Below are positions 62,851-64,000 of a stretch of 64,000 bases of DNA, piece after piece. The notes under the pieces are model-generated. The model saw only the letters and a program-made list of their open reading frames with translations. It did not search any database and was not told the origin of the DNA. The position numbers and the translations under genes are program-made. Origin of the DNA: Hypanus sabinus (taxonomy: Eukaryota); assembly GCF_030144855.1 (NCBI RefSeq), contig NC_082715.1:146506001-146570000 (forward strand), in the 5' to 3' direction. Each line of letters begins with the position of its first letter. Position 1 is the stretch's first letter.

Positions 62851-64000
62851 CAGTTCAAACAGAATGGCACATTGACACCAATCACAAGTTGCCAATTTTT
62901 CCTGTGTCAAAATAATATCAGGCTCTGAACCAGATAAGCATTTGGTTTCGAGTTGCGTATTTCGCCAAAGTATTTTATATTAACAACTTGTCCTATTCTC
63001 CATTCAGTTGCACACTATATTGATAATACGCAATACTTGCACCCTGATTAAAGATGGTTTGTCCGAGATTTTCGAAAACAACATAAAGAAATAACAATAT
63101 TGGCAATTATTAACAGATTTGTAGGGTTGATAATAATGTCTAAGCCAGTTGTCTGTATGTTTTTAGAAAACTCACTGCCAAACATATGTAAAGGGTTTAT
63201 GATGATTTTGAAAAGCCTATTTTCTAGCAGCACTCCAAATACTGTAGATATTCAGAAGGAAAATTGAGAAATGTATTGAATCGACCAGAGAGGTTATAGC
63301 GCGTTGTGAATAATTAAAAGTGAATCAAATGATTCAGCTCGTGCAGAGGGTGATTCGCTATAAATTCTGCCAACCTTACGTCAATATAGGGAATTATATT
63401 CATATGTAAGCACATGGTCCTTACACCATATAATGAACTGTATACAGTGTGTGGCGGGGTTAAGATACTTCTTAACCAAAGGTGGTGCGAGGCGCTCCAT
63501 CGCGGAGCTGGACCGCAGGTCACCCTAAGGTCGCACCTGCTTAGCCCCACGATCTGTGTCACGTGAAGCAGGGGAGCAGGAGGTGGATGGTCGTATCAGA
63601 AGCTGCTGCTCGTAAATCCTGGTTTGCGACCACTGACGCCAGGCAGACAATCTGTGAAGAGGATTGGCAAAGGCGGTGTTTACCCGACGCTGTCCAGGAG
63701 AAGGCAATGGCAAATCACTTCTGTAGAAAGACACTGCGAAGAACAATCATGTCATCGATAATACCATGATCGCCCACGTCGTACAGCACTGCATATAATG
63801 CTAATGATGTGTTTATATGAATGAAGTAGACAATCTGGGAGTGAATGCTATATTTTTATCGGTCTCAGTGTTCAGGCAGAAGTAGTTAACAGCGAAATAA
63901 TTCTGAGGTCTTAATAACAATTCAACCATCGAACTTATCAATCCTCCAAACTATATGTTTGGGACATCAGGAGCTATTAGCCGTATAATGAGTTTTAAAT

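Overview
Vertebrate, repeat-rich genomic DNA, almost certainly from a cartilaginous fish (cluster-type Ig genes, abundant CR1 LINEs, V-SINE/HE1-like SINEs; a ray is plausible but unproven). The core is a tandem array of immunoglobulin light-chain miniclusters, all on the minus strand, each Leader-(V-J already fused in the germline)-C, with a C region resembling elasmobranch lambda/type II. Cluster A (C 9234-9556, VJ 12170-12517, L 12641-12689) and cluster C (C 59309-59631, VJ 62216-62560, L 62685-62733) look intact: open frames, correct splice phases, octamer promoters. Cluster B (C 30281-30585, V remnant 33903-34048, L 34172-34220) is a multiply disabled pseudogene. Spacer blocks recur between clusters. 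One spacer unit (about 39.1-48.8 kb) carries the flanking blocks but no Ig exons, suggesting a deleted cluster. The rest is transposable elements: many CR1 fragments, Rex1-like and L1-like fragments, an internally deleted Gmr1-like Gypsy element with both LTRs, solo-LTR-like elements with 6-bp TSDs, a Tc1 remnant, SINEs, a tiny hAT MITE and microsatellites. Germline-joined type II light chains are known biology. I found no convincing new biological system; the findings concern how this array evolved and possible regulatory elements. TE boundaries are by-eye estimates unless a TSD is cited.
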